DNA from: an uncultured Planctomycetia bacterium
Lineage (GTDB): Bacteria > Omnitrophota > Gorgyraeia > 1-14-0-20-64-10
DNA: 64,000 nt
Assembly (NCBI GenBank): GCA_964597545.1
Contig: CAZQXN010000002.1
Coordinates: forward strand, 88,234-152,233
Direction of reading: 5' to 3'
Shown here one piece after another: positions 45,501-54,900 of the stretch. The translations under genes were made by a program, and so were the position numbers. Below the pieces are notes generated by a model. The model searched no databases and was not told where the DNA came from. It was given only the letters and a program-made list of their open reading frames with translations. The stretch's first letter is position 1, and each line of letters begins with the position of its first letter.

Positions 45501-45774
45501 TCAGCCCCCCGCAGAGAACGCCCGATTTGTCCTCAATGAAGCTGTTGCCGGGGGCAACCCGGCCCTCTGGCTGCCGAGCCGGCATCCTCTGCCACCCTCC
45601 ATCACCCTGACCGAGGAGCTTTCCATTCAACTGGTGGCCTCTGCGCAGGAGTTTCCCCGGACCATTGCCCTTTTGCTGGATTTGGCCGAGAAGGCCGGCA
45701 TGACGCTTCGGATCAACGCGCTCCGTTTCTTCACGGTGGAGAATCAGGTCTATGCCATCGTGACAGCGACGTAA
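36505..45774 (+). CDS. Giant secreted GLEE-motif protein (3089 aa): GlmS-like, HExxH, GlmU-acetyltransferase-like and YvcK/CofD-like domains
   Basis: GGAGG RBS; signal peptide ending AWA|LRPTQ. CGCF / RGYQSA / HLRWPTEG; SQSGNTMDT / VASTKAF / EGALKLLE / KPRGLAKEVTV; HEQAH; LGNASEHK...NFGAFT...LKAPV; DDGGNYG / FGPGSEGTSI. Confidence 0.88.
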   Translation: MKRQQSGCARRLISALTILSFIFTQAVPAWALRPTQEEASPRASALRESQEDKTLLQLRQALFQVGRFFRPASASPATGLEETLRVAASIHPPITLRIGADRISTLHAGRHTRVERGDCGCFVRVGKPQSQGGLDPNELVLTAARALEPRGYQSASAGVITLGDDPSFDVRKVLGGADELEPILSGHPLPDGGVQLVHLRWPTEGKPSEDNQHPTIIRPDQTNPAEVEFIFNGDITNFREIDDFLAEHGIHRPSGVETDAWSAAALIWYYFQLPSEEQISGRAKAIYMRDRIEGRDKENWEQAAEELKAEGVHMPLLEAVHLAYGRLEGDFALIAVSEKEPGKAIGALKGQKPLVAGRGQDAETGNFLASEASTFIDYTDQNQTLQSGDIVVLTQDEVTFYRRREEGHPGRLALEVIPPEERPIQPLDIEEVKVSKVFRGREFSTFTEKEVAEGGEAIRRTIEHQGRLPVLRDRIEGRAEPMPGLNLTDEDWRKARGLLLVAMGTANYAAEAAAPHLFGDLALGGDSPEPFSVRVETGTTLFDVLRAQILTLVRRSDPNVRQPTDLDGWVALIKQHQGGALKPLFAQYQGFIGIAVSQSGNTMDTNQIVILLQALGVRFIGVVNKPIDTPLPRLTKEDGGLFRTKAGAEMGVASTKAFVAQVIALRLISVYAGLVRETLPPDEAAMQLGAIHNLPGIVEKWLADPSKQEAIRRIARLLANQQTLMFLSRGVQVPVSKEGALKLLELAYLFTVGMDAALMKHGFIAYFPESRDPAFTKFAVAILTDRVSLKETLTNLSEARSRYGHVVGIAFESDRAEVLPHVDDLITIPDVPDELAAIVGVLPLQALAVETTKRINRTGENLAAWAEMLYWKLRQLETGVSGVTQQELFKTAKSVLEHYSRFTDDGRLELLPTAKTRQVYYLIKAAVEAGEQGEYSQMEAGVRDAIRALRGQSLSLIMFFDHELARLAAPDQDESDAILTAQERAQVVRIMGDVSFEEGNTPSEVLKKLSADLAVFYSQAVSRGSTMKGRWRDWRFNKGLGTFLGRDLDKPRGLAKEVTVDLLEADLRSQLANLGVPEDQLDTTFLGLQELLPGGQIHEQPGVLKVVARLSGVPEGTLRRRAMMHEQAHQILRRAAPSQDLLWAVHQAVEAADLRRVEEDPRSFVPFQAAFEKRFRGGHFPTRQKFLEELVAKYALARLTGTAETRYAQVAPEMEQLFNGTNLDWLPDVKEALAADLGIPAERMDQAGMMPGTFGQLFDPSFRPEWDQRASTATPEVIKARQMSRLGRALGLQPGLGWDAREMRLQRSLARYDRALRTAAPIPKVDPAVQAGQEEGGLVVFEVGEVALDNEVRYTPAKRYADRQYRLDRALMDMVRPWLEAIGAEISVKYGDSLARSWRHPQPSGSDQRRFFRLERGDAVATIAPAYRGPMAATAHRILLVAVKDSPQEPTRYWLLPSDSRLQNRLQRLAGHFLKGEPIPGPLLSGFLSPELRFATDVLDAAAERFIQLQWEHSEEVRLTFGDAIPGPQANQTTLFIIGPRHSHGMLDALTTPLNPDHADLNISASRSIDNVAAFPFDFCYVVVDAPPEQLRQPRDTLDGQSVLGAIRERVDTLNRLRTPQALPVKPATSSPPAVTAGGLEELVVGRDYADARHVAGIQFLQAVQLSGRTRLGSGIYLDPTHGGQFPDAVITIGEGTVLFDNAKLYGPMVIGRSAEVGGILAGTAESPLIVGAGATIHRSNADVKRSVIGPEAVVDGADIADSTVVPFLRGVRIIAPAAADTGAVLEGGAVAFGGTVGTHVKLRRHSVVGPFAALGNASEHKGVVFIGATPDANIEFPHAGFTASLMATAFLPEGDPGSKAYYDSYRQTLRAVMFGELVDARKADLPSRSPVSGSGAAWQLVYAVDDSDVSFMAIRDNFGAFTAVSDYNSFTGEKSGSTAEGGTATGVHSALKAPVALRHLIAVGNLSQATGDVAAGTLTAGTDQFTLPEYRSLERPFALGSHFDQDVAVQMDYFRRLQVMAEVFLEGAQRAQDPFTLAGFTASLEAVRGQYQELGPRFRKALEGGLDRTIEAVTARIQSVSSDEGERLGERLDRFKQVVEGRPQVISELETIGEAIGSAADAVAPATQASIAQAVVQQTINPGSVWVNPLAASGLEEEPLDKVIEHLLAVPAGLSIQNPQAYWLEQMAAAQVSDLDSLEVFLSDRAVPNDALDFQQRQRLLDLLDNYDALHQVFRVNMEMSRLETVNLILAQAQANDSTFAQEVRGVLDVPDSALPTGGELEEIIRLAEVLIEAGGNSARAVREMARAAQRVAISETPVHDDGGNYGKWRFLLEELFGRFLVSLGGDLANHRTVEPTHLIRQVMADRLPQKGTEAWTDADTPRSLLIKEIATAFASYRLQHGEPDFSEEAFLVRTLASLISAHRILSSAFPDILETKVLSKASSQNVAGVAVALRSGFLVPQTQTVNPEQLARALLLWNRLLGLSKRDGMVLPATLDGARLYFVYSDRLAAEEASPEGVVESIRLGDAEIDPNDYFVLALPGKSLVLTDGLGRRLQYEAGERAYVAREDGEIVNRFEAFPAQISKAIHQRLRTVDEISLVRGEDHASEEDTLYKDAQVIAWGAEFPYRALPQASPVSQRLYQAILDGETQMETIVFGPGSEGTSIAPLFWRRETVEFLRQLAKRRRDGRRVPRAVFIFNPTETNDSFGLGVEGQIRNHEMIMREVLKDETVQFEELFPEILLFDHTDPWVTAPNPAVAKEMEQITGKPVAPEDVDYARILGPSADEEAAGVMHGRVKKNRRPLPVDDALIQRLRDRFEAAGGKVHLAPFADVRATVESSRGKISIEARVQAITHRAAPILFPKSRDLLLQAAVRQEGRIYEQKHGTLPAPQQLAEFLNKFGYETNADEVAAIAAGQEEADLLVSEAIASGQLAAQDFYAKPSSAGGTTYVVPVPARQEPAPMELWWQAGLEEPKTVPPHTRKILYAATLAAAIAQRNDQPPAENARFVLNEAVAGGNPALWLPSRHPLPPSITLTEELSIQLVASAQEFPRTIALLLDLAEKAGMTLRINALRFFTVENQVYAIVTAT

Positions 45775-45778
45775 CCTT

Positions 45779-45971
45779 AAAATCGGTACCAGGTACCAAA
45801 GAAAAAGACACGACGAGATTATGAATGGTTTAGACAACAGAAAAATCTGGATTCGACTCAGCGCCTGGGTGGTGATCCAGGCGCTGGTTGTTACCCATCT
45901 TTCCCCGGCCTTTGCTGAACCCAAAATCGGTACCAGGTACCAAGATCAGAAATCGGTACCTGGTACCAAGA
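45779..45971. repeat. Three AAATCGGTACC(A/T)GGTACCAA elements (one intergenic, two in frame within the CDS)
   Basis: Copies at 45779-45799, 45923-45945 and 45950-45971. Confidence 0.9.
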
Positions 45972-48900
45972 CCTTGCGGGCAAGCCAACGGGAGTCCAAG
46001 GGGGGCCTTGAGGAACTCAGAGAGGCCCTCACCGAAGACGCTCCTCAGGCGCCTACCGAAACTTCCCCTGCTTCCGGTTTGGAAGAGACGATGGTGGATG
46101 CAGGGGGAGTTCATGGCCCCGGTTTCGGGCTTCTGCTTGAAGCGGATGAGGCGGCGTTGGGGCGTTATGGGACGGAAGCGGCCAAGGAGTTTGCGAAAAC
46201 AGGAGTTCCGGTTCCCAAGCTGGGCGAGGGCGAACGGGTCGGACGCTCCAGTTTGTCTTTTTCCGGAAGGGCGAACGGAATCTTCGGCCGCGCCAAGATC
46301 GGGCAGTTTCAGCTGAATGCAGAGGAGCGCCACCGCCGGCCGCAGGCGGCAGCGACCCGAAACCGGCTTCAAGCGGGCTTGAACTTCTTAGCCGGTCAGC
46401 AGCGGCGCGAGAGAGCCCAAAGTGAACTCGTCCTTGAACTGCTCCCCTTAATCACCCCCCTGGTTCGCCTTAACGCCTCTGCGGCGGCGCTGAGGAGCGC
46501 TGAGCGCCGGATGGATGAGCTCATTGATCGGTTGGATGCTCTCGGGGAGGGCAGGGGAGTCCGCGCTGAGGTTGCCCGTCAGCTTCAGGCACATCTTGAG
46601 GCGTGGAGAGGCGGCGCCGGGGAAAATCAACTCATGACTCAGGCGCAGAGAGTTCTGCTCGCCCAGCGCGTGGATGCCTTAATCCTGGAGGGTCAGCTCT
46701 CTGCTGGGGCGTTGCAGCAAGCAGAGCGGCTCCAAGAACAGCTGGAGCAGGAGCGCTACGGGGTCTATGAAGATCAAGCGCCAGAGAAGCAAAAAGGGAT
46801 TTCTTTCAACGGAGTCTCTTTGATCGCGCATCTGATCTCTTTTGCCCGGATTCCGACCCAGCGCTTAGCCCAGCGCCTTGCCCAGAGCAGCGCCAAAGGG
46901 AGAATCCCCTTGGAGCTGTGGGTAGATCACGATCGCCTGCTGGACATTCCGCCGTTGTCTGATTTGCGGTACCGGGGCGAGGAGCGGGTGATGCGCCTGG
47001 ATTTGACCACTCCTCACAGGGTCAACGGTTTTGATGCTGGCGGGCAGTTGTATGGTTTGGCCCTCTTTAATCAACTTCAGGCTGTGGTTCAAGCCGCTGA
47101 GCCGGCCGGACCCACTCCTCCCTGGTTGGACCCGGTGGAGTTGGGCGCCAAGGAGAATCTCTTAACGAGCTTTACCTGCTATGAGACCTGGGCCCCTCAA
47201 GCTCAGCAGGCCCTTGCTCAGACCTTGAAGGATCGCCACATCGACAGCGGCCACCATTTCAGATGGTTCCTGACCAGCGGCGCTTATGGGACGCCGCTGG
47301 AGAAGGAGTTGGCGGCCGAGCGGCTCATGGGCCGGACACGGCTTGTCCTGGAATATGACCAGGGTGATCCGGATGATCCCGAGTCGATCATCTCCATACT
47401 CGAATCCGAAACCGATCTGGAGGTTTTGAGCGATCGGATCGCACCCCTACTCACAGGCAGCGCCAGTCCGGCAATGGCCGCGGCCAATGCCGCACGAGTA
47501 GGGCGCTGGGCGCAGAGCACCGGCCGACTGCTGGTGGGCACCCGAGCGGGACTTGCCTCCTTTGTGGAGGCGATTGCGATGGCCGGAGCCCGCCAGCTTT
47601 CCGTGAAGGAGTTGGAAGCCCAAGTCCGGGGCTTGGTGGCTTGGCTGGATGAAACCCGGGTGGATCTCCAGACTCCGGAGCTTGGGGCGGTTAGAGATTT
47701 CAGTGCGGTCAGAGGGGTTGCGATGGAGTTGGTGAACCTCGCCGGCCAGAAGACCGTCTTTGATGCCCAGCTTCAGGGGGCGATTCAGCGCTTTGACGCG
47801 CGGCTTGGAGAATTCCATGCCTCGGTAGTGAAGGAGCTGCGCTCCTTAAGAACAGAACAGGCCGGGGTCATAGCGCGAGAGAAGGCGGCGAGCGGCCGCT
47901 CCAGGCGCGAGAGCCGTTTGGCCCGGGATCTTGCCGTGATCCAAAAGAAGGTGGACCAGCTGGATGGCATCATGAGCGCTCTTAAAGAGGCGCGGGCTCA
48001 AGCTCCCAAGGGAGAGCCCGTCCAGGTCATCATCTTCCAGCGGCCTTCGGCCAGAGGGGTGCGCAACATTGCCGTGGGCGCTACCGGCAAGGACATCTAC
48101 TTCTCTACCGATCCCAAGCTGAATGCTCTCTTAGCGAAAGGCGCCCACAACGCCCACTTCACCCCATTTGAGCGGGTTTATATTGCCGTGGTGGATGTCC
48201 TGGTCGAACCCCTTCCGGCATACGCCAATTTCTTCATGCTTGAGCTGAAGGGCGGCCGGAATGAGCTGGTTCCCTTTGTGGACCGCAAGGCGATGCTCGC
48301 GATGTTTTCCAACTCATCCGACAGCATGCGCCAGAACATCCGGCACCGGTTTGAGTCGTGGTGGATCGGCATGGCCCAGCGGATTGTGGCGCGCCAGATG
48401 CAGGCAGAGGACGAAGTGGAGCGGATCCAGCGAGAGCACGGGGTGGATGAGGCCGATGCGCTCCGTTGGCTCATCTGGGAAAGGGGTTGGGAGCCGCTGG
48501 TGGGGCAGGTGGCGGCGGTTGCGGAGCGGACGCGCGATAATCTTCTAGAGCAGGTTTTTTCCCTCAAGGGAAAGTACCTGATCGATGAGCGGGATGCCTT
48601 GGAATTGGCGGTTCGGGATGATAGCTCAACCCAGAATCTCTTAGGCCGCCTGCGGGATCAGGCGGAGGCGGCCGATGAGCCGTTTGACCAGTTTCTGGAC
48701 ACCTTTACCAGGAGGCACCGCCTGATTCAGCGGGGCAGGGTACTGGCTCAGCGCGCCCTGGAGAGACCCCAAGGCATGTTCCAGGTCCATAATCTCACCA
48801 CCATGGGTCCTTTTGAGACCGCGACCAGCAACCGGGAGGTGCTGGAACGATCTTTCGCGGCCGGCAATGTGGTGGATCATTACCGGCTGGACGGCAAAGT

Positions 48901-51900
48901 CCGAGCCATCTTAAGACATTGGAATGACCGGACGACCGCCGTCGCTGAAACTGTAGTCCGGGAGTTGGATTACAGCGGCTATCTGGATGAGGCGATTGAA
49001 GAGTTTCGCGGCAGCCCCTCCAATCCGAAAGATCGGGCACGCGGATTGCGCTCCATCATGGACAGCTACCCTGAGGTGGGGGATGAGGTGATCAAGATCG
49101 TCCTGCTCCTTGAAGCGCAGGAAAAGCGGCGCTGGGAGGGGCGGCTGGTTGAAGCGGCCGGAACACTCATGGAAAGCGCCCCCTACCAGAAAGAAGCAGA
49201 GGATCTTGAAGCTGTTGCCGGGGAGAACGGCTGGGATCTCCAGACCCCGGAGGGGCGTTTCCGGGCCACCTTTGAGGTATTAAAGCGTTCCTCTCCCTTG
49301 CGCGAGGCGGCAATCTCCCAAGCTGGACCGATTCGCTCGGCTGCAGGGGATCTTGTGGAGATTGAGGCGGTCGAGGAGAGGGTCAGGTTTCATACCGAGA
49401 GTCCGACCCAACAAGAAGACTGGCGGCTTCGGGCTGCGCGGGCAGTGCTGGATGACTTCGGGGTGGAGCCTGCTTCCGGAAAGAACCCTCTTGAAACCGT
49501 TGAGGCAAACCCCGATTACCAGAGGGCCTACCGCGCCTCTCTCTATTCCTGGGCCAGGGATGAAGTGATCGAGACACTTGGTTTGGCAGAGGCGCAGGAG
49601 GATTTTCTCTATCTTCGCAATGCCGGCTCCACCGGAATGGGGCTTTTGACCGCTCGCGAGCAGGCGATCTGGGAGACGGGCTTAAGTCACGAGCTGGACA
49701 ATCCCCGCTTTCAGTATAACGCCACCGGACCCGCCCAAGGTTTTCTCCAGGGAGCTTCCATGAGCCAGATCGACACCGGAAGGGATCAAGTTCCCTCGGT
49801 GATTGGGCTCAGGAAGATGGTGGCCGGTCTGGACGTCAGGGCGACAGCCGAGGCAGCGCGCGTCTATGAGACCTTTAACCTGGCTGGGGTTACCCGGATG
49901 AATGATCCCAGGATAGAGGAGATCTTGAAGGTTGTCGCCAACTTGCTCTGGGGAGCCCATCACTACCTCACAGAGGGGATCCACGTCAATATCCAGGCAG
50001 TGGGCGGGGACACGATGCCGATGGCGCATGAGCAGGCGGTGGCTGAGAACATGGCCGCTGACCTGGGGGCAGCGATCAGGCGGCACGCGCCCGCCGGCTT
50101 TAACTGGACCCTGGAGCGGTTTGTGAGGGAGTGGAACCTTCGCTTGGACCGGCTGATCAAGAACGGGCTTTGGTTCTACGGGGGTTTTTGCATCTTAAAG
50201 GAGCCCAACCTCCTTTTTGCGGCGATCAAGGCAACACTGCATCCGGAAACGCGCAATCAGATGCTGGAGGCCTTTGGGGTGCCTCCCCAACTGCGGCCGG
50301 AGGTGCTGGCGGATCTTCGGCGCGCCATGCGGATGCGTCAGGCCTTTGAGAGCGAGGAGGAGTGGACCGAGCATGCCCACCGCTTCTTGATGAGCCGACA
50401 AAAGGTCTATTTTGAGAAGCTTCTTCCGGTCGCAGAAACCCAAGGGCCGGGCACCACCCTTTCAACCACCCTGCATCTTCCGCGGCTTCCGGCCCTGCTA
50501 AAGTATCTGCAGCTTCGGGGGATCATTGCGGAGTCGGGGAGGCGCCAGGATGAGCGGACCCTTCAGTTCCGGTTGGCCGATTGGGTCAACAAAATGCTGG
50601 CGCAGGCCAGCATCGTCAACCGGATGGGGCTGGTGCGCAAAATTCATGAGACCCGCCGGGTCCTGGAGGAGCTGGGGGTTCCAATGTCTGAGGCGGTCAT
50701 CGTCAGGGGCGCTCCTTATAAGGCCGGCTCTGAGCTGGAGTACGACGCTTTTCTTAAAGCCATTTTTGCGATCACCGATGTGCGGGGTTCCCCGGGCATT
50801 TACATCCTTTTGATCGACAGTTTGCTTGGCAAGGATGGATTTTTCGATGAGTTTGATCGCGAGGGGAAGGAGCTGGTGCGGGAGCTTCTAGGCGGAGATG
50901 CCGGGTTCATTCCGCCGGCGGATGTCCGGTTTGTCGGACCGGGTAGCATCGGAGATGCCTACGATTTTGTTCCCCGGAACATACAGCAGAAGCATTATGG
51001 CGGAATGGATCTCAACACCATTCACAAGGAGGCGGTTGAACTGCTTGGACGGCACGGGATCAGCAGGGAGCAGATCCGCGCCGCCGCGCAAGAGCATGGG
51101 GCTGATCTGACCAAGTGGAGCGTCTTGAACGACCTTGATGCAGGGGACCGGGAGGAGGTGCTTCAGGCATTGGCCGGTTGGCGGTTGATCCTAGCCAACG
51201 GAGAGCGAGGTCTTTTCCGCAGCTACGCCCAGGCGATCCAGGGAGCCCATGTCATTGATCTGGGCATTCCAGAGCCGGAGCTGCTGGATTTGCTGGATGA
51301 GCCAACTCGGCTTCTAGGCCTGGCGCGCCAGGGCCGGGGACCGGACGCGCCGGTGGCCTTGATTGACGCGACCGCCGGATCCGCTGACTCTGCCTTAGGG
51401 ATCCGGCAGCCGATTTGGCCCAAGCTCAAGGAGCTCCTCGCCCTGGGGAGGAGGGTGGATGTCGAGGGTAAACCCTATTACACGGTGGGCTACGGAGGCT
51501 CTATCGATGAGACAGTTCAGCAGGCCCGGATAGAGCAGGAGGCCCAGGGCACCTTCGGGGAGGATCTGGAGGCGGCCCTCCTTGCCGGTGATTATGAAAC
51601 AGCGGATCGGCTCTTCACGAACTTTCAGGGCTGGGTCCGCAACAACAACAAGCACAATGAGGCGCAGGACGATCTAAGCTGGGTTATCGGAAAGCGCATG
51701 GGCGGGCAGGATGCCAGGACTGAGCCGACCCTTCCTGGGGAGAAGGGCCTCCGTACCGTCCGCAGGTTTGACATCCAGGCGCGCGTGATGAGCCGGCTGG
51801 CCGCCGAGGATTTTTCCCTGGCGCAGGCGAATACGGCGGATCTGGTGATGGCAGGGTTGTTTTATCGGTTGAACGGCCGGCTCAGCCGAGAGGAGCTGGA

Positions 51901-54900
51901 TGCACGCCTCTCAAGGCTGGCCCAGGCGCTTGAGGATTACCGGACCCATACCGGAGGAGATCCAACCAGGAAACCGGCGATTGTCAATGTCAGCCAAGAC
52001 GACGTTGATTTTGTTGCCCAAAAGGTTCTCTTGACCCGCTATGAGCCGGATCGAGAGGAAGAGCAGGAGCGGGTTCTTGCTACTGGGCAGCGCGGTGCCG
52101 GAAAAGCGGTAGAACAGGGGGCCGAACGCGCAGTGCAGGCCAAACGCGCGGCTCGGGTTTCAAGCAGCCGGGTTGCGGCTCAGCGCACTCAGCAGAGGAA
52201 GGCTTTCCAGGCGGCCAGGGACGGGAAGGCCGGCAGCGGATTGGAAGAGGTGTCTGAGGGGGTGGATCAGGCCATGGAGGCAGTTTCAGCCCATGGCGTG
52301 CCGTTGGCTCAGATTACCCCTGAGGCCTTCGGGCGGTTTCTGGGGCATGCCCAAACAGCGGTGGAGGCGCTGGTGGATGCTGTGCTGCCGCCGGATACCT
52401 CCTTGACCGCTGAGCAGGCCGAACTCAGGCGCCAGGCCCTCGAGTTTTCGCACCAGTTCTTCAATGACGGAGGGGCAATTCGCCGGGAAGCGTATTACGA
52501 GAGGCAGGGGGGCGCCAATGTCGGTTTGGGTCCGGCGCTCGGAGAGCTGGCCTGGCAGGCCAGGGAGGATGAGGGGCTTCGCGAGACAGTGGCCCAGGTG
52601 GAAGTGCTCCTTCAAACTGCGATGTTTGTGGATGCCATGGTCGAGGTCGAAACCCCGGCCCGGTTCTATGAGCAGCTGGTGGAGATCTTTGAGATGACGC
52701 TTGACAGCCATCGCTTTTACGCCTTGCCTTACCTCTGGTCTGAGCGGGAGCGGGGGCTGGCCTTTTCCGGCTATTCCTACGATGAGAAGTTTGCCCTCTC
52801 TCGCCGTCTCTACGGATGGCTCTACCGGTATCTGCATGCCCAGTTCCTGGAAAGGACCGAATTCGGACAGATGCCGGCGGAATACGTTGATGCCGTGCTG
52901 GGCGATGCCACCCGGGGTGTCTGGCACATCGGGATTGGCCATCTAGAAAACGAAGACCTTCAGCACTGGATGAGTTTCAAGCGGTTCCGAGACCTGGCCT
53001 TCTGGAGGAATGAGCATTACATGCTTCCCTTTGTGCTGACGGGGGCCTCTCCGACTGTCTTTAAAATGGAGAGCCGAACCAACCTCATCTTTACCTACGG
53101 AATGGGGGATATGACGGTGGCCACCCACTTGACCCGCGCCCCTCTGCTGGAGAAGCACGATACCAATGTTTTTCAGACGGCCTATCCTGTCCATGCCGAA
53201 ACCGGTGATGACACGCACCCGCTGGAGCCCCAGATCCATGACGGGCTGACCTATGTTTCGCTGAGACGCCTTCACGAGATCTTGGCCGGCATCGGCACGC
53301 CGGGCGCTGAGATAGACAGAATTTCCGGCGGAATTGTCCGGCAATTTGAGGAGGAGATGCGGCGTCAGGGTTACAACGAGCGCCAGATAGAAGCTGTCAA
53401 GGCCAGTCCCCACGGGATTGCTGTGCCGATCCTCGTTCAATTCTCGCAGCCGGCGGCGGTTCACGGAGGATATGTCCATGATTTCCGGCGGGAGAGAGGC
53501 CCGTTTGATCGTGACGGAGGTCACTGGAACCAGACCACCTTGACCAACGCCTTTACCTTTGCCGAGAGATTCACCTGGGAGTCGCTGGCCGGAAGCGGTG
53601 TGATGCGCCCCTGGCAGATGAACATTCTTCACCAGGAATACAGGGATTGGGTGGAGGAGGGGCTCAGCACAGAGCAGATTGCCGATAAACTGCTGGCGCG
53701 CATCGTTGATTTCATGAACAGCACCCCGCGCTTAACCCATGAAGGGCGCTTGGTCACTCGGGCAGAGATGGAGTCGGGCGGGCGCCAGATGCTGATTGCG
53801 CTGTTGATGCAGGGCAGGGAGTTTGTCGAGAAGGATCTTGAGTTGGTTGTGCACCACGCCTTAGGTATATTGCGGGGACAGAATGCGGTCTTCAAGGAGT
53901 TCTTAGAGTCCTACGCGACCCAGTACTTGACGCGTGAAGCCCAAGAGATGATCGCCGAGTGGTTTTCCAGGGTGCGCGGCATCCCCGTCAGCCTCGACCA
54001 CTATCCGCTCACCGCCCTCTTTGATTACAGCAGGGCGATCATGGTGCTGGGACCTGACGGATACGAAGTCCCCTACCTCATTCTGGTCCTTGCCACGCAG
54101 GAGATCGCCAACTTCGGCATGCAGGGGGGGCTCTTTGTCTTAACCCCGGAGATGATCCGCCCCCACTATCGGGAAGCGTACATGGATGCTTTGGTGGGGG
54201 CTGCCGACGCCTCTATCAAATCCGAGAACCAATTCTTGGACGATGCGCAGCGCCGCGAAGAGATCCTAAGAGAGTTTGGCAGATTGTATGAGGTAGAGGA
54301 GCTTGACGACATCATCGCAACTCCCAGGAGAAATCTTGCCGGGGTGGCCGATTCCGACTCTCACTACCAGATGGTAGATGCGAAGCTCATGCTCACGGAT
54401 GATGCCGAGGGGAATCTGCGCTGGTATTGGGACGAGGTCGCCGAGCGCCGCCTCTTTCTCTTTGATCTGGAAGACAACCCCAATGCCGACGTTGCCATCT
54501 TTGATGAGAGCGGTTCGCCGGTCACATGGGATGCTGAGCATCCCATCCCGATGTGGGAGAAGCCCGATCCAGCGGATGAGAGCACCTGGAAGCCAATCCC
54601 TTATTATTACAAGGATGCTACCGGCCAACAGCATCAAATCCAGATCGCCTACGCGGCCAAGCTCGAGCGTAACCCCGGCCAAGGGCTGATGGGCCCTTAC
54701 GACAGGATGCTTCCGCTTCACCGAAAAGGAGAGGGGGCAGAGCGCTTGCTTGCCGCCATGGGGCAGATGGGCGCCCAGGTCATGGCAAACCGCGCCAGTA
54801 TCGCAGCCGCCCCTACGCCCGCGCCCAACGATCTCCAACCACAACTGTTGGTCAATCCCACCTACACGCCGATTCCCACGGGGGAGCGAATCTCCCTGGA

